This document shows, in pieces, positions 27,956 through 35,840 of a stretch of 64,000 bases of DNA. The DNA comes from Oscillospiraceae bacterium (GTDB taxonomy: Bacteria; Bacillota; Clostridia; Oscillospirales; Oscillospiraceae). The notes under the pieces were generated by a model. It was given only the letters and a program-made list of their open reading frames with translations, was not told the origin of the DNA and searched no databases. Positions within the stretch are counted from its first letter, which is position 1; the number at the start of each line of letters is the position of its first letter. A program made the translations under genes and the position numbers. The stretch covers positions 4,522 to 68,521 of the forward strand of contig CACYXZ010000001.1 of NCBI GenBank assembly GCA_902778525.1, written 5' to 3'.

Positions 27956-29050
27956 TTATGATTTGCGGTATACCCGTTCCATATCCTTCACGTCCAGCGG
28001 GCGCAGTTCGATCCGTACCGTGTCGCCCACCTGACAGGAGATATCCGTCACGTCCGCGATGGACTGGACCATGCCGATATTTCCCACGATGGGCACCCGG
28101 CGGCCTCCGATGGTCACATAGACCGGGCGGCGGATAAAATAGGATTTGATGGTGGCCAGAACGGAGATCACGCACTCCCGGAAGCTGGCGGGATCCAGCC
28201 GGGAGGGAGCGCTCAGGCCCTGAAAATGTCCCACGCTGAATACGGCGATGGTGGTATCCCGCTTTGCCGTCCAGTCCGCGCAGTAGCCTACACTGTGACC
28301 TCTGGGGATTTTCCGGACTACCTCCACCTGGGCTTCGCACCAGCCGATGGGACTGAGGCCGAAATCCCCGCCGAAGCTCAGACGGCCCAGAAGAGACGAA
28401 CCCAGCCGCACGGCGTCCAGGTGCATCTCCGGGTATTTGAGAAACGCCGAGGAATTGCAGCAGTGCCGGATACCGGGATCCAGGCCGCGCTTACGCAGCT
28501 GTTCCAGCACCTGCTGGAACTGGGCAAACTGGGCCCGGGTGGCGGCGTCATTGTTGAACGCGCTGTGAAAGTGGGTAAAGGTCCCCTGAACCTCCAGCGC
28601 GGGATTGCGCCAGACCGCGGCCATGTCCTCGATCTGACCGGGCAGGAAGCCGTAGCGGCCCATGCCGGTGTCGATCTTCACGTGGCAGGGGTACGGGAAC
28701 CGGTATTCCGGCGCCAGAGCGGCGATCATCCCGGCGGTCTCCGTGCTGCCCACGCAGAGGACAGCGCCAGCTGCCATCAGTTCCCGCAGCTCCGTCTCCA
28801 GCCGGGTCTCCCGAAGCATCAGGATCTCCTCCCGGGTGAAGCCGCCCTGCCGGAGGGCGGTGGCCTCCGAGGGATCTGCCACGGCAAACCGGGTCACGCC
28901 GCTCTCCCGGAGCGTTTGCGCCATGGGAAGCAGGCCCAGTCCGTAACCATTCCCTTTGACCACACCGTAAACGGCGGCGGAACCCGCCTTTTCCACCAGG
29001 ATCTGTGTATTCCGGGCCAGAAGGCCCAGGTCAACCACGTACTGTTTCAT
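27956..29050 (-). CDS. alr: alanine racemase-family PLP enzyme
   Basis: AVYGVVKGNGYGLG (PLP lysine motif); ~364 aa with TIM-barrel plus C-terminal beta domain pattern. Confidence 0.88.
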   Translation of the reverse strand: MKQYVVDLGLLARNTQILVEKAGSAAVYGVVKGNGYGLGLLPMAQTLRESGVTRFAVADPSEATALRQGGFTREEILMLRETRLETELRELMAAGAVLCVGSTETAGMIAALAPEYRFPYPCHVKIDTGMGRYGFLPGQIEDMAAVWRNPALEVQGTFTHFHSAFNNDAATRAQFAQFQQVLEQLRKRGLDPGIRHCCNSSAFLKYPEMHLDAVRLGSSLLGRLSFGGDFGLSPIGWCEAQVEVVRKIPRGHSVGYCADWTAKRDTTIAVFSVGHFQGLSAPSRLDPASFRECVISVLATIKSYFIRRPVYVTIGGRRVPIVGNIGMVQSIADVTDISCQVGDTVRIELRPLDVKDMERVYRKS

Positions 29051-30111
29051 TCTTTTTTACCCTTGAGCATATAGAGCTTGTACCGCAGGCCCATGAAGAT
29101 GGGCTTGCCGGTGTTGATGAACCAGTTGATAAAGGGCTTCAGGACCATGTCCATTTCGCCCACAAACTCCACATAGTCCCCGCCGAAGCCCAGCTTGAAC
29201 TTGTACAGACCGTAGAGGGGATGATCCTCCCCCACCTGACCGGGAACGCCCCGGAAGTCATAGAGCCGGCAGCCCTTCTCCACGGCCCACTCGATCATGT
29301 TCCACTGGAGCATATAGTTGGGCATCAGGTTCCGGTGCTCATTGGAGGAGGCGCCGTAGAGATACCACACCTTGTCCCCAAACCAGATGGCCAGGGTCCC
29401 GGCGATGGCCTGCCCCTCGTAGTAGGCCATGTACAGCCGGCAGTGCTCCCCCAGGTTGTCCAGCATGTTTTCAAAATAGCTGGCGTCCCGGGTGACGAAT
29501 CCGTCCCGCAGACCGGTTTCCAGCATGAGACGGGCGAAGTCCGGCACGGCCTCCTTGCCGCAGATCTTCGTGGTGACGCCCTTTTTCGCGCCGGTGCGGA
29601 CCTTCCGCCGGGTGGACTGGGGCAGGGCCATGAGCAGCTCATCGGCGGTCTTGCCGGCGGTGTTCAGCCGGAACACGTACTGGGGCTGAATGGCGTCGAA
29701 TTCCTCGCCGCAGCCGGTGAGCTTGAAGCCCAGAGACTCCAGGATCTCCCGGTAGGCCGTCTCCTCAGAGGACACGTCCGGGTCGATTTTGATGACGTAG
29801 GAGTGATGCTTTTTCGCCAGCTTTTTCGCGCCATCCACCAGATCCGCCAGGGTTTCCCGGTCGTCCAGGTCGGTGACAGGGCCACGGCAGGCGTACATCA
29901 TGGTATAGGGCAGCCCGGGGATGATCTTCCGGATCAGCACGGCCATGCTGCCCTTGATCTTTCCCGCCTCGTCCCGGGAGACGATGGCCTCCCACTGCCA
30001 CATGGGCTTCTGCTTGCCCCAGAGATGGCTCTGTGCAAAATGTCCCTTGGGATGGGACTGGATAAAGGCTTCGTATTCGGGGATTTGTTCCTGTTTCAGA
30101 ATCTCAGACAT
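29047..30111 (-). CDS. FemAB/FemX-family peptidoglycan aminoacyltransferase
   Basis: FIQSHPKGHFAQSHLWGKQK...YACRGPV...YGASSNEHRNLMPNYMLQWNMIEWA...LYDFRGV; 354 aa, no coiled-coil insert (FemX-like); 4-nt overlap with alr. Confidence 0.88.
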   Translation of the reverse strand: MSEILKQEQIPEYEAFIQSHPKGHFAQSHLWGKQKPMWQWEAIVSRDEAGKIKGSMAVLIRKIIPGLPYTMMYACRGPVTDLDDRETLADLVDGAKKLAKKHHSYVIKIDPDVSSEETAYREILESLGFKLTGCGEEFDAIQPQYVFRLNTAGKTADELLMALPQSTRRKVRTGAKKGVTTKICGKEAVPDFARLMLETGLRDGFVTRDASYFENMLDNLGEHCRLYMAYYEGQAIAGTLAIWFGDKVWYLYGASSNEHRNLMPNYMLQWNMIEWAVEKGCRLYDFRGVPGQVGEDHPLYGLYKFKLGFGGDYVEFVGEMDMVLKPFINWFINTGKPIFMGLRYKLYMLKGKKE

Positions 30112-30166
30112 AAATCATTCTACTCCAATTATATTGTGATTCCGCCCAAGGCGGGAGTTTACATCA

Positions 30167-30868
30167 TTACTTACAGGCTTCCACCAGACCCCGCCAGATC
30201 TCCCGGCCGGAACGGTAGTCCTGCCACATGTGTTCCGGATGCCACTGGACGCCCAGGAAGAATCTTCGGTCGGGCTGTTCCACGGCTTCGATCAGTCCGT
30301 CCTCCGCCCGTGCGGAGACCTGGAAACCGGGCGCCGGATCCAGAACCGCCTGATGGTGCATGCTGTTGACGGAGATGTGATCCCGCTTCACCAGGGAATA
30401 CAGCAGACTGTTTCGTTCGATGGCCACCTGGTGATGGGGCAGGCTGTAGGGCATCTCCTGCCGGTGGACCACAGCGGAGGGCCGCTGGGTGGGCAGATCC
30501 TGGTATAGGGTGCCGCCGCAGGCCACGTTCATGACCTGAAGGCCCCGGCAGATACCCAGCACAGGCTTGTCCAACTCCCGCAGCCGGCGGGCCATCCAGA
30601 TTTCCTGATTGTCCCGGAGCGGGGCCTGATAGCCGCATTCCGGGATCTTATCCTGGCCGAAGAGAGCCGGATCCACATCCTGCCCGCCGGTAAAGACGAA
30701 CCCGTCATAGAGCCGGCAGTATTCTTCCCACAGACTTTCATCGTCCGTCAGGCTCAGCAGCACGGGAATCCCGCCGGCCTGCTCCACGCCCCGAAAATAC
30801 AGGGGGTTGATCCAGAAAACCTGTTTTTCACTGTTGTATAGCGGCAGTACGCCGATTTTTGGGTGCAT
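30167..30868 (-). CDS. peptidase C26 / class-I glutamine amidotransferase-like gamma-glutamyl hydrolase (PuuD-like)
   Basis: GICRGLQVMNVACGGTLYQDL (nucleophile Cys) and GVQWHPE (His/Glu). Confidence 0.88.
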   Translation of the reverse strand: MHPKIGVLPLYNSEKQVFWINPLYFRGVEQAGGIPVLLSLTDDESLWEEYCRLYDGFVFTGGQDVDPALFGQDKIPECGYQAPLRDNQEIWMARRLRELDKPVLGICRGLQVMNVACGGTLYQDLPTQRPSAVVHRQEMPYSLPHHQVAIERNSLLYSLVKRDHISVNSMHHQAVLDPAPGFQVSARAEDGLIEAVEQPDRRFFLGVQWHPEHMWQDYRSGREIWRGLVEACK

Positions 30869-30889
30869 GTTGATCTTCCTTTTCTGCTG

Positions 30890-31705
30890 TCAGGCACGGG
30901 GAACGGTGTCCCGGATCCGGATCACGTGCTCGGTGACCTGGGCGGTGAACTCGCGGGTTTGGGTCACGGTCCCGGTGGGATCCCGGAAGACGTCCCGAGT
31001 CTTGGCGCAGGCGCCCCGGTCGGGTCCGTTGGCGATCTTAAGATAGCCCTCCTCCACCACACCGCCCGTGGTGGGATCCAGAGCCCGCCAGACGTCGCCG
31101 CAGTAGACCTCTACCCAGCTGTGTCCCTGTGGCACGCCCACGGCCAGACCGCCTACAAACCGGGCGGCAATGCCGGAAAGTCGCAGAAGGGTCAGCAGCA
31201 CATGGCTCAGATCCCGGGCGTCGCCCCGGCCGGAGGAGAGCGCCTCCGCGGCGGTGCGGTTGGGAGTGGAATCGGTGGCGGCAGGGATGTGGGTCATGGA
31301 ACGATGCACCAGATCGCACAGCTGCAGCGCCCGGTTCCAGGGGTCCTCGGACAGGGAGGCGGATTCCAGGATCCGCTCCATCTCCCGGGTGGGCCGGGTA
31401 AGGCGGGTGGGGTAGAGGTAGATCCGGTCCAGCGGTTCGTGGATCAGGTATTTGGAGCACAGCACGAATCCGGTGGCGGTCACTGTGAATTCCGTGTGCT
31501 TTTTGTCCACCGTGCCGGTATACATGCCGTTGCCGAACACGTCGCTGATGCAGTTCATGGCGGTGTATGGCGTCACTGTGAGCTTCTGGGCATAGGAGCG
31601 CTGGAAGGGGTAGGTACCCGGCATGCACCGCAAGAGGAAATTGTGCTTGGTGATGGGGCTGGAAAACGTCTGATGGACGCTGTAGGTAAACGCGTACTTT
31701 TTCAT
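30890..31705 (-). CDS. transglutaminase-like family protein with N-terminal Bact_transglu_N-type domain; nucleophile Cys apparently replaced by Ala
   Basis: GRGDARDLSHVLLTLLRLSGIAARFVGG...GHSWVEVY...LDPTTG aligns to the G-x-C-x-D-F-A-H...H-A-W...D-P-T core, with Ala at the Cys position. Confidence 0.8.
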   Translation of the reverse strand: MKKYAFTYSVHQTFSSPITKHNFLLRCMPGTYPFQRSYAQKLTVTPYTAMNCISDVFGNGMYTGTVDKKHTEFTVTATGFVLCSKYLIHEPLDRIYLYPTRLTRPTREMERILESASLSEDPWNRALQLCDLVHRSMTHIPAATDSTPNRTAAEALSSGRGDARDLSHVLLTLLRLSGIAARFVGGLAVGVPQGHSWVEVYCGDVWRALDPTTGGVVEEGYLKIANGPDRGACAKTRDVFRDPTGTVTQTREFTAQVTEHVIRIRDTVPRA

Positions 31706-31717
31706 AAGCTCCCCTCC

Positions 31718-33040
31718 TTATTCCGCCATGACCCAGGTGTCCTTGAAGCCCACCGTGGCGCTGCCGTCAGGATGGTGGACCGTAAAGCGGCTCAGGCCGC
31801 CCATCCATACCCGGATGGAGTCGGAGTGAACCGTATAGGCCCGGAAATCGCATCGGGCGGGGACCGTCTCGCCGCCGGAGGTGTAGACCGGGACCTTCTC
31901 CACGTCCAGGATCTCCTGGGCCATAAAGCGCCGGGGATCGGCCTCAATGGCGGCGGCGAGCTGCCTGCGCTGATTGGGCGACAGGATGGTGCCGCGGATG
32001 GCGGCCGTGCGCCGGTCGCCGGCCACGTCCTTAAAGAACAGCCGGTCCATATGGGACAGGATGTAGTCCCGCTGATCCGGATACCAGGGAAGATAGGTGG
32101 GGACGTTGGGCAGCAGCGGCTCCTCGTCCAGATAATACCGGATCATGGCGGGGATAAAGGCGTAAAGACCCCGGTCCTCCGCCAGACCGCAGCCCGGCGC
32201 ATTGAGGATGGCTACATTTCCCGCGGCATAGACCTCCATGAGATGGGGCACGCCGCTGGTGGATTTCTCGTCAAAGCAGAGCGGATCGAGCATCTGGTCC
32301 ATGAGCATCCGGTGAATGATGGATACCCGCTGGAATCCGCCGCCGGGGGACCGGAAGTAGATCTTGTTGTCCATGACGATCAGATCCTCCGCCGAGGCCA
32401 CATGGGCGCCGGTGAGGGAAGCCATATATTTCAGCTCAAAGGTGGTCAGCGCGTCCTCCCGTTCCCGCAGCAGTACGATGACCCCGTCCGCCAGGGCCGG
32501 ATTGTCCTCGTAAATATCCTCATAGAGCTGCCGCAGCAGGATATCGAGACCGCAGTTGTCGCAAAGACCCGGAACCTCATAGGCCTCCGGCTCCAGCTCC
32601 CGGCACAGCTTCCTAGCGAAGTGAGGATAGGTCATGCCGTCCGGCACGGAAAAGCTGTCCTCCATGGCGTACCATTTGCCGTCGGTGGTGCGGATCAGAT
32701 CTGTAGCGGAGATATGCGTGTAGATCTGCTTGACCGGCGTCAGATTCATGACCTCCGGTGCGAAGTCCGGCGAGGAAAAGACGAACTCCTCCGGCACGAT
32801 GCCGTCCCGGATGATCATCCGGTTCTTGTAGATGTCGCACAGGAACTGGTTCAGCGCGTTGATCCGCTGGATCAGACCCTGCTCCAGCATGGTGAACTCC
32901 GCTCCGGGGAGGATCCGGGGCGTGGGATCAAAGGGCGCGTCCGCAAACTGCCGGTCACCCTTGCGCGTCACGAAAAACCGGGCGCCCTGCTCCTGCATCC
33001 AGGCATTGACCCGCCGGCCGGCGGTAGAAAGGTCCCGCAT
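31718..33040 (-). CDS. circularly permuted type-2 ATP-grasp protein (DUF404/DUF407-type amidoligase)
   Basis: FDPTPRILPGAEFTMLEQGLIQRINALNQFLCDIYKNRMIIRDGIVPEEFV is the typical CP_ATPgrasp_2 N-terminus; 440 aa. Confidence 0.85.
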   Translation of the reverse strand: MRDLSTAGRRVNAWMQEQGARFFVTRKGDRQFADAPFDPTPRILPGAEFTMLEQGLIQRINALNQFLCDIYKNRMIIRDGIVPEEFVFSSPDFAPEVMNLTPVKQIYTHISATDLIRTTDGKWYAMEDSFSVPDGMTYPHFARKLCRELEPEAYEVPGLCDNCGLDILLRQLYEDIYEDNPALADGVIVLLREREDALTTFELKYMASLTGAHVASAEDLIVMDNKIYFRSPGGGFQRVSIIHRMLMDQMLDPLCFDEKSTSGVPHLMEVYAAGNVAILNAPGCGLAEDRGLYAFIPAMIRYYLDEEPLLPNVPTYLPWYPDQRDYILSHMDRLFFKDVAGDRRTAAIRGTILSPNQRRQLAAAIEADPRRFMAQEILDVEKVPVYTSGGETVPARCDFRAYTVHSDSIRVWMGGLSRFTVHHPDGSATVGFKDTWVMAE

Positions 33041-33239
33041 GTCAAAACCTCCTCACAAAAACGCAAATATGTACGTCTATCATGTTAACACAACCGGCGA
33101 AAATATGCAACGGCGGAACGGAAGGGAAAGAAAAACAATTTCACGAACTGTTCATAAAATGTTAATGCAAAGGCGACGTTTTCCGATTATACTGTACGCA
33201 GAAAACAGTTGACGGTGCAAAGCAACGGAGGGACGTTCC

Positions 33240-34490
33240 ATGGATCTGGATCCGCGCGGCGAAAAGCGATGCGAATCTCCATATCGGGATTATTACAGCA
33301 CGGGCGGATGCTACCGTCCGCCGAAAAGAAGGCGGAGCTACGGATGGCTGGCGGCTGTGCTGGGGTTTTTCCTGCTCTGCGCGGCGGCCTACATTGCCAT
33401 GGACCGGCGGGGCGCGCCCCCGGAGGAGACCATGCGGCAGCACGATCTGGACACGGAGCAGGTGACTGCGGCTGTCCTCCCGTCGGATCCGGCCGCCCCG
33501 GAAGAAACTGCCGCGCTCACTCCCGCGGCGGAGCCCCTTGCCGGAGAATTTCGGATGACGATCTCCTCCGGCAGCGGACGGAAGATGGAACTGCCGGACA
33601 TCTATAAAAAGGTGATTCCAAGTGTGGTGTCCATCACCACGCTTACCCCGGGCGGCAACGCCACCGGCACGGGAATCGTCCTGTCTGAGGACGGATATCT
33701 TGTGACCAACTATCACGTGATCTCCGGCGCGGAAGAGATCAGGGCGCTCCTGACCTCCGGGGAGGAATACAGAGCCGCGATGGTAGGCTGGGATGAGACC
33801 TCCGATCTGGCGGTGCTGAAGATCGATGCGGAAGGACTCACGCCTGCGGAGTTCGGGTCCTCGGATTCCATGGAGGTGGGCGACGCGGTGGTAGCCATCG
33901 GCGACCCTCTGGGAACGGAGCTGCGGGGCACCATGACCGACGGCATCATCTGCGGGATCCAGCGGGACGTCCACGTGGGCGACCGGACCATGAGCCTGAT
34001 GCAGACCAACGCCGCCCTGAATTCCGGCAACTCCGGAGGACCTCTGGTCAATATGGCCGGTCAGGTCATCGGCATCAACACCATGAAACTCAAGTCCAAC
34101 TACACCCCGGTGGAGGGAATCGGATTTGCGATCCCGGTTACGGCTGCCGGTCCGATCCTGGAGGAACTGGCGGAGAAGGGGTATGTCAGCGGCCGGCCTG
34201 CTGTGGGATTCTCTCTGGAGGTGCTGTCTGACCGTCTGCGGCTGTTCTACGATCTGCCCGGCAATCTGTATATCCGGCAGGTGGCGGAGAACTCGGACGC
34301 CTATGCCCAGGGAATACGGGCCGGCGATGTGATCGTGGCCATCGAGGGGACGGAGGTCTCCACCCTGGATGAATTCAATACCATCAAGAACCAGTTTAAA
34401 GCCGGGGATACGGTCACGCTGACGGTGTTCCACAAGGGCGGGGAGATGGATGTCCGGGTGACGCTGATGGACCGGGCGGATCTTCAATAA
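33240..34490 (+). CDS. membrane-anchored HtrA/DegP-family serine protease with PDZ domain
   Basis: N-terminal TM anchor; triad contexts TNYHVI, DLAVLKI, GNSGGPLVN; C-terminal PDZ (GDVIVAIEG). Confidence 0.9.
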   Translation: MDLDPRGEKRCESPYRDYYSTGGCYRPPKRRRSYGWLAAVLGFFLLCAAAYIAMDRRGAPPEETMRQHDLDTEQVTAAVLPSDPAAPEETAALTPAAEPLAGEFRMTISSGSGRKMELPDIYKKVIPSVVSITTLTPGGNATGTGIVLSEDGYLVTNYHVISGAEEIRALLTSGEEYRAAMVGWDETSDLAVLKIDAEGLTPAEFGSSDSMEVGDAVVAIGDPLGTELRGTMTDGIICGIQRDVHVGDRTMSLMQTNAALNSGNSGGPLVNMAGQVIGINTMKLKSNYTPVEGIGFAIPVTAAGPILEELAEKGYVSGRPAVGFSLEVLSDRLRLFYDLPGNLYIRQVAENSDAYAQGIRAGDVIVAIEGTEVSTLDEFNTIKNQFKAGDTVTLTVFHKGGEMDVRVTLMDRADLQ

Positions 34491-34542
34491 TCAAAATGAA
34501 ATAACAGGACTGCCTCCGCAGAGGCAGTCCTGTTTGTTCTGT

Positions 34543-35103
34543 TCAGGCCGGTTTCACAAACCGCTCCAGCCTGCGGGTCAGAAACGCGGCCAGCAGGATC
34601 TTTACACCGTCCACCGGCAGGAAAGGAAGTACGCACATGCCCAGTACGCCTCCCACGGTGATGGGGCCTGTGTTTTTCGTATACAGCGTCAGGAACCAGA
34701 GGGATCCGAAGGCGTAGCAGAGGATTAGTCCCAGAACCATGGCGGCGATCAGGACCGGAAGGCTGCGGCCGAAGTGTTTCGTGATGATCCCCACCGCCAG
34801 CGCGGTGAGAAGGAACCCGATCAAGTATCCGCCGGTGACGCCGAAGAGCACCCCGACACCGCCCTTGAACCCGGCAAAGACCGGCAGCCCGACGGCGCCC
34901 AGCAGCAGGTAGACCAGGACGGACAGCGTACCGCATTTGACGCCCAGCAGGCCGGTCACAAGGAACACCGCGAAGGTCTGCAGGGTGAAGGGGACCGTCG
35001 CCGGAATGGAGATCCAGGCGCAGATGGCGGTGAGGGCGGCGCCCAGGGCAGTATAGCACAGCTCCCGCACGGAGAGCAGCGGCTTTTTCAAATCAGAGGT
35101 CAT
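34543..35103 (-). CDS. bioY: biotin ECF-transporter S component
   Basis: TLQTFAVFLVTGLLG...GLPVFAGFKGGVGVLFGVTGGYLIGF. Confidence 0.92.
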   Translation of the reverse strand: MTSDLKKPLLSVRELCYTALGAALTAICAWISIPATVPFTLQTFAVFLVTGLLGVKCGTLSVLVYLLLGAVGLPVFAGFKGGVGVLFGVTGGYLIGFLLTALAVGIITKHFGRSLPVLIAAMVLGLILCYAFGSLWFLTLYTKNTGPITVGGVLGMCVLPFLPVDGVKILLAAFLTRRLERFVKPA

Positions 35104-35147
35104 CGTACATCATCCTTTCCAGGTCATTATAGCAGAATCATTCAAAA

Positions 35148-35180
35148 TGTCAACCAATGAGAAATGATAACAGGTTTACA
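35148..35180. promoter_or_regulatory. Candidate BirA operator upstream of bioY
   Basis: TGTCAACC, 17 nt, GGTTTACA inverted repeat 45-77 nt upstream of the bioY start; resembles the Firmicute BirA box TGTAAACC..GGTTTACA. Confidence 0.55.
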
Positions 35181-35264
35181 ATAGCGGGGCGCCCGCAAGT
35201 TGCACAAATTATTAGCACACAAATAGTTAGAATGGAAAATTCTGCACAAAACCAGCGTTGCCTC

Positions 35265-35330
35265 TTGACTTTTGTTAGTGCCCCATGTATTATTTCATAG
35301 GCAAATAATTTGCATACAAAACAATTTGTG
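35265..35330 (+). promoter_or_regulatory. marR-operon promoter with downstream palindromic operator candidates
   Basis: TTGACT, 17 nt, TATTAT (35265-35293); GCAAAT-a-ATTTGC (35301-35313); ACAAA-acaa-TTTGT (35316-35329). Confidence 0.5.
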
Positions 35331-35360
35331 GGCTATTTTTAGGAGAAGGAGGGCAATATC

Positions 35361-35822
35361 TTGGCCACTCGATTCAAGGACGGCAGTCCGGAACGGCTGT
35401 TTCATGCGGTTCACCGCAAACGGAGGATCGCCGTGGACAAAATGCTGGCCCAACGAGGAATCGGAAATATCGGACAACCGCTGATCCTGTCGATTCTTTC
35501 CCAGCAGGAGGGGGGAATTATCGCTTCCCAGAAGGAGCTTGCCAAACTGCTTCGGGTTTCTCCTGCGACGGTGACGGTATCCCTGAAGTCCATGGAGCGG
35601 GACGGTTATGTGAAAAAACTGGTGCGTCAGGAGGATCTGCGCTGCAAGCCCATCGCCATTACGGAAAAGGGCAGGCAGGCGGTCAAGCTCATTGACGACG
35701 TGTTTGAGACATTGGATCACGGAATGTATCGCGGCTTTTCCGACGGGGAGAAGCAGATGATCGCCGGCTTTTACCAGAGGATCCTGGATAATCTGGATGC
35801 GGTATCGGCCGGAGATGTGTAA
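35361..35822 (+). CDS. MarR-family transcriptional regulator
   Basis: GQPLILSIL...SQKELAKLLRVSPATVTVSLKSMERDGYVKK; TTG start with ggagg 8 nt upstream. Confidence 0.85.
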   Translation: MATRFKDGSPERLFHAVHRKRRIAVDKMLAQRGIGNIGQPLILSILSQQEGGIIASQKELAKLLRVSPATVTVSLKSMERDGYVKKLVRQEDLRCKPIAITEKGRQAVKLIDDVFETLDHGMYRGFSDGEKQMIAGFYQRILDNLDAVSAGDV

Positions 35823-35840
35823 GTTAGGAGGAAACCATCT

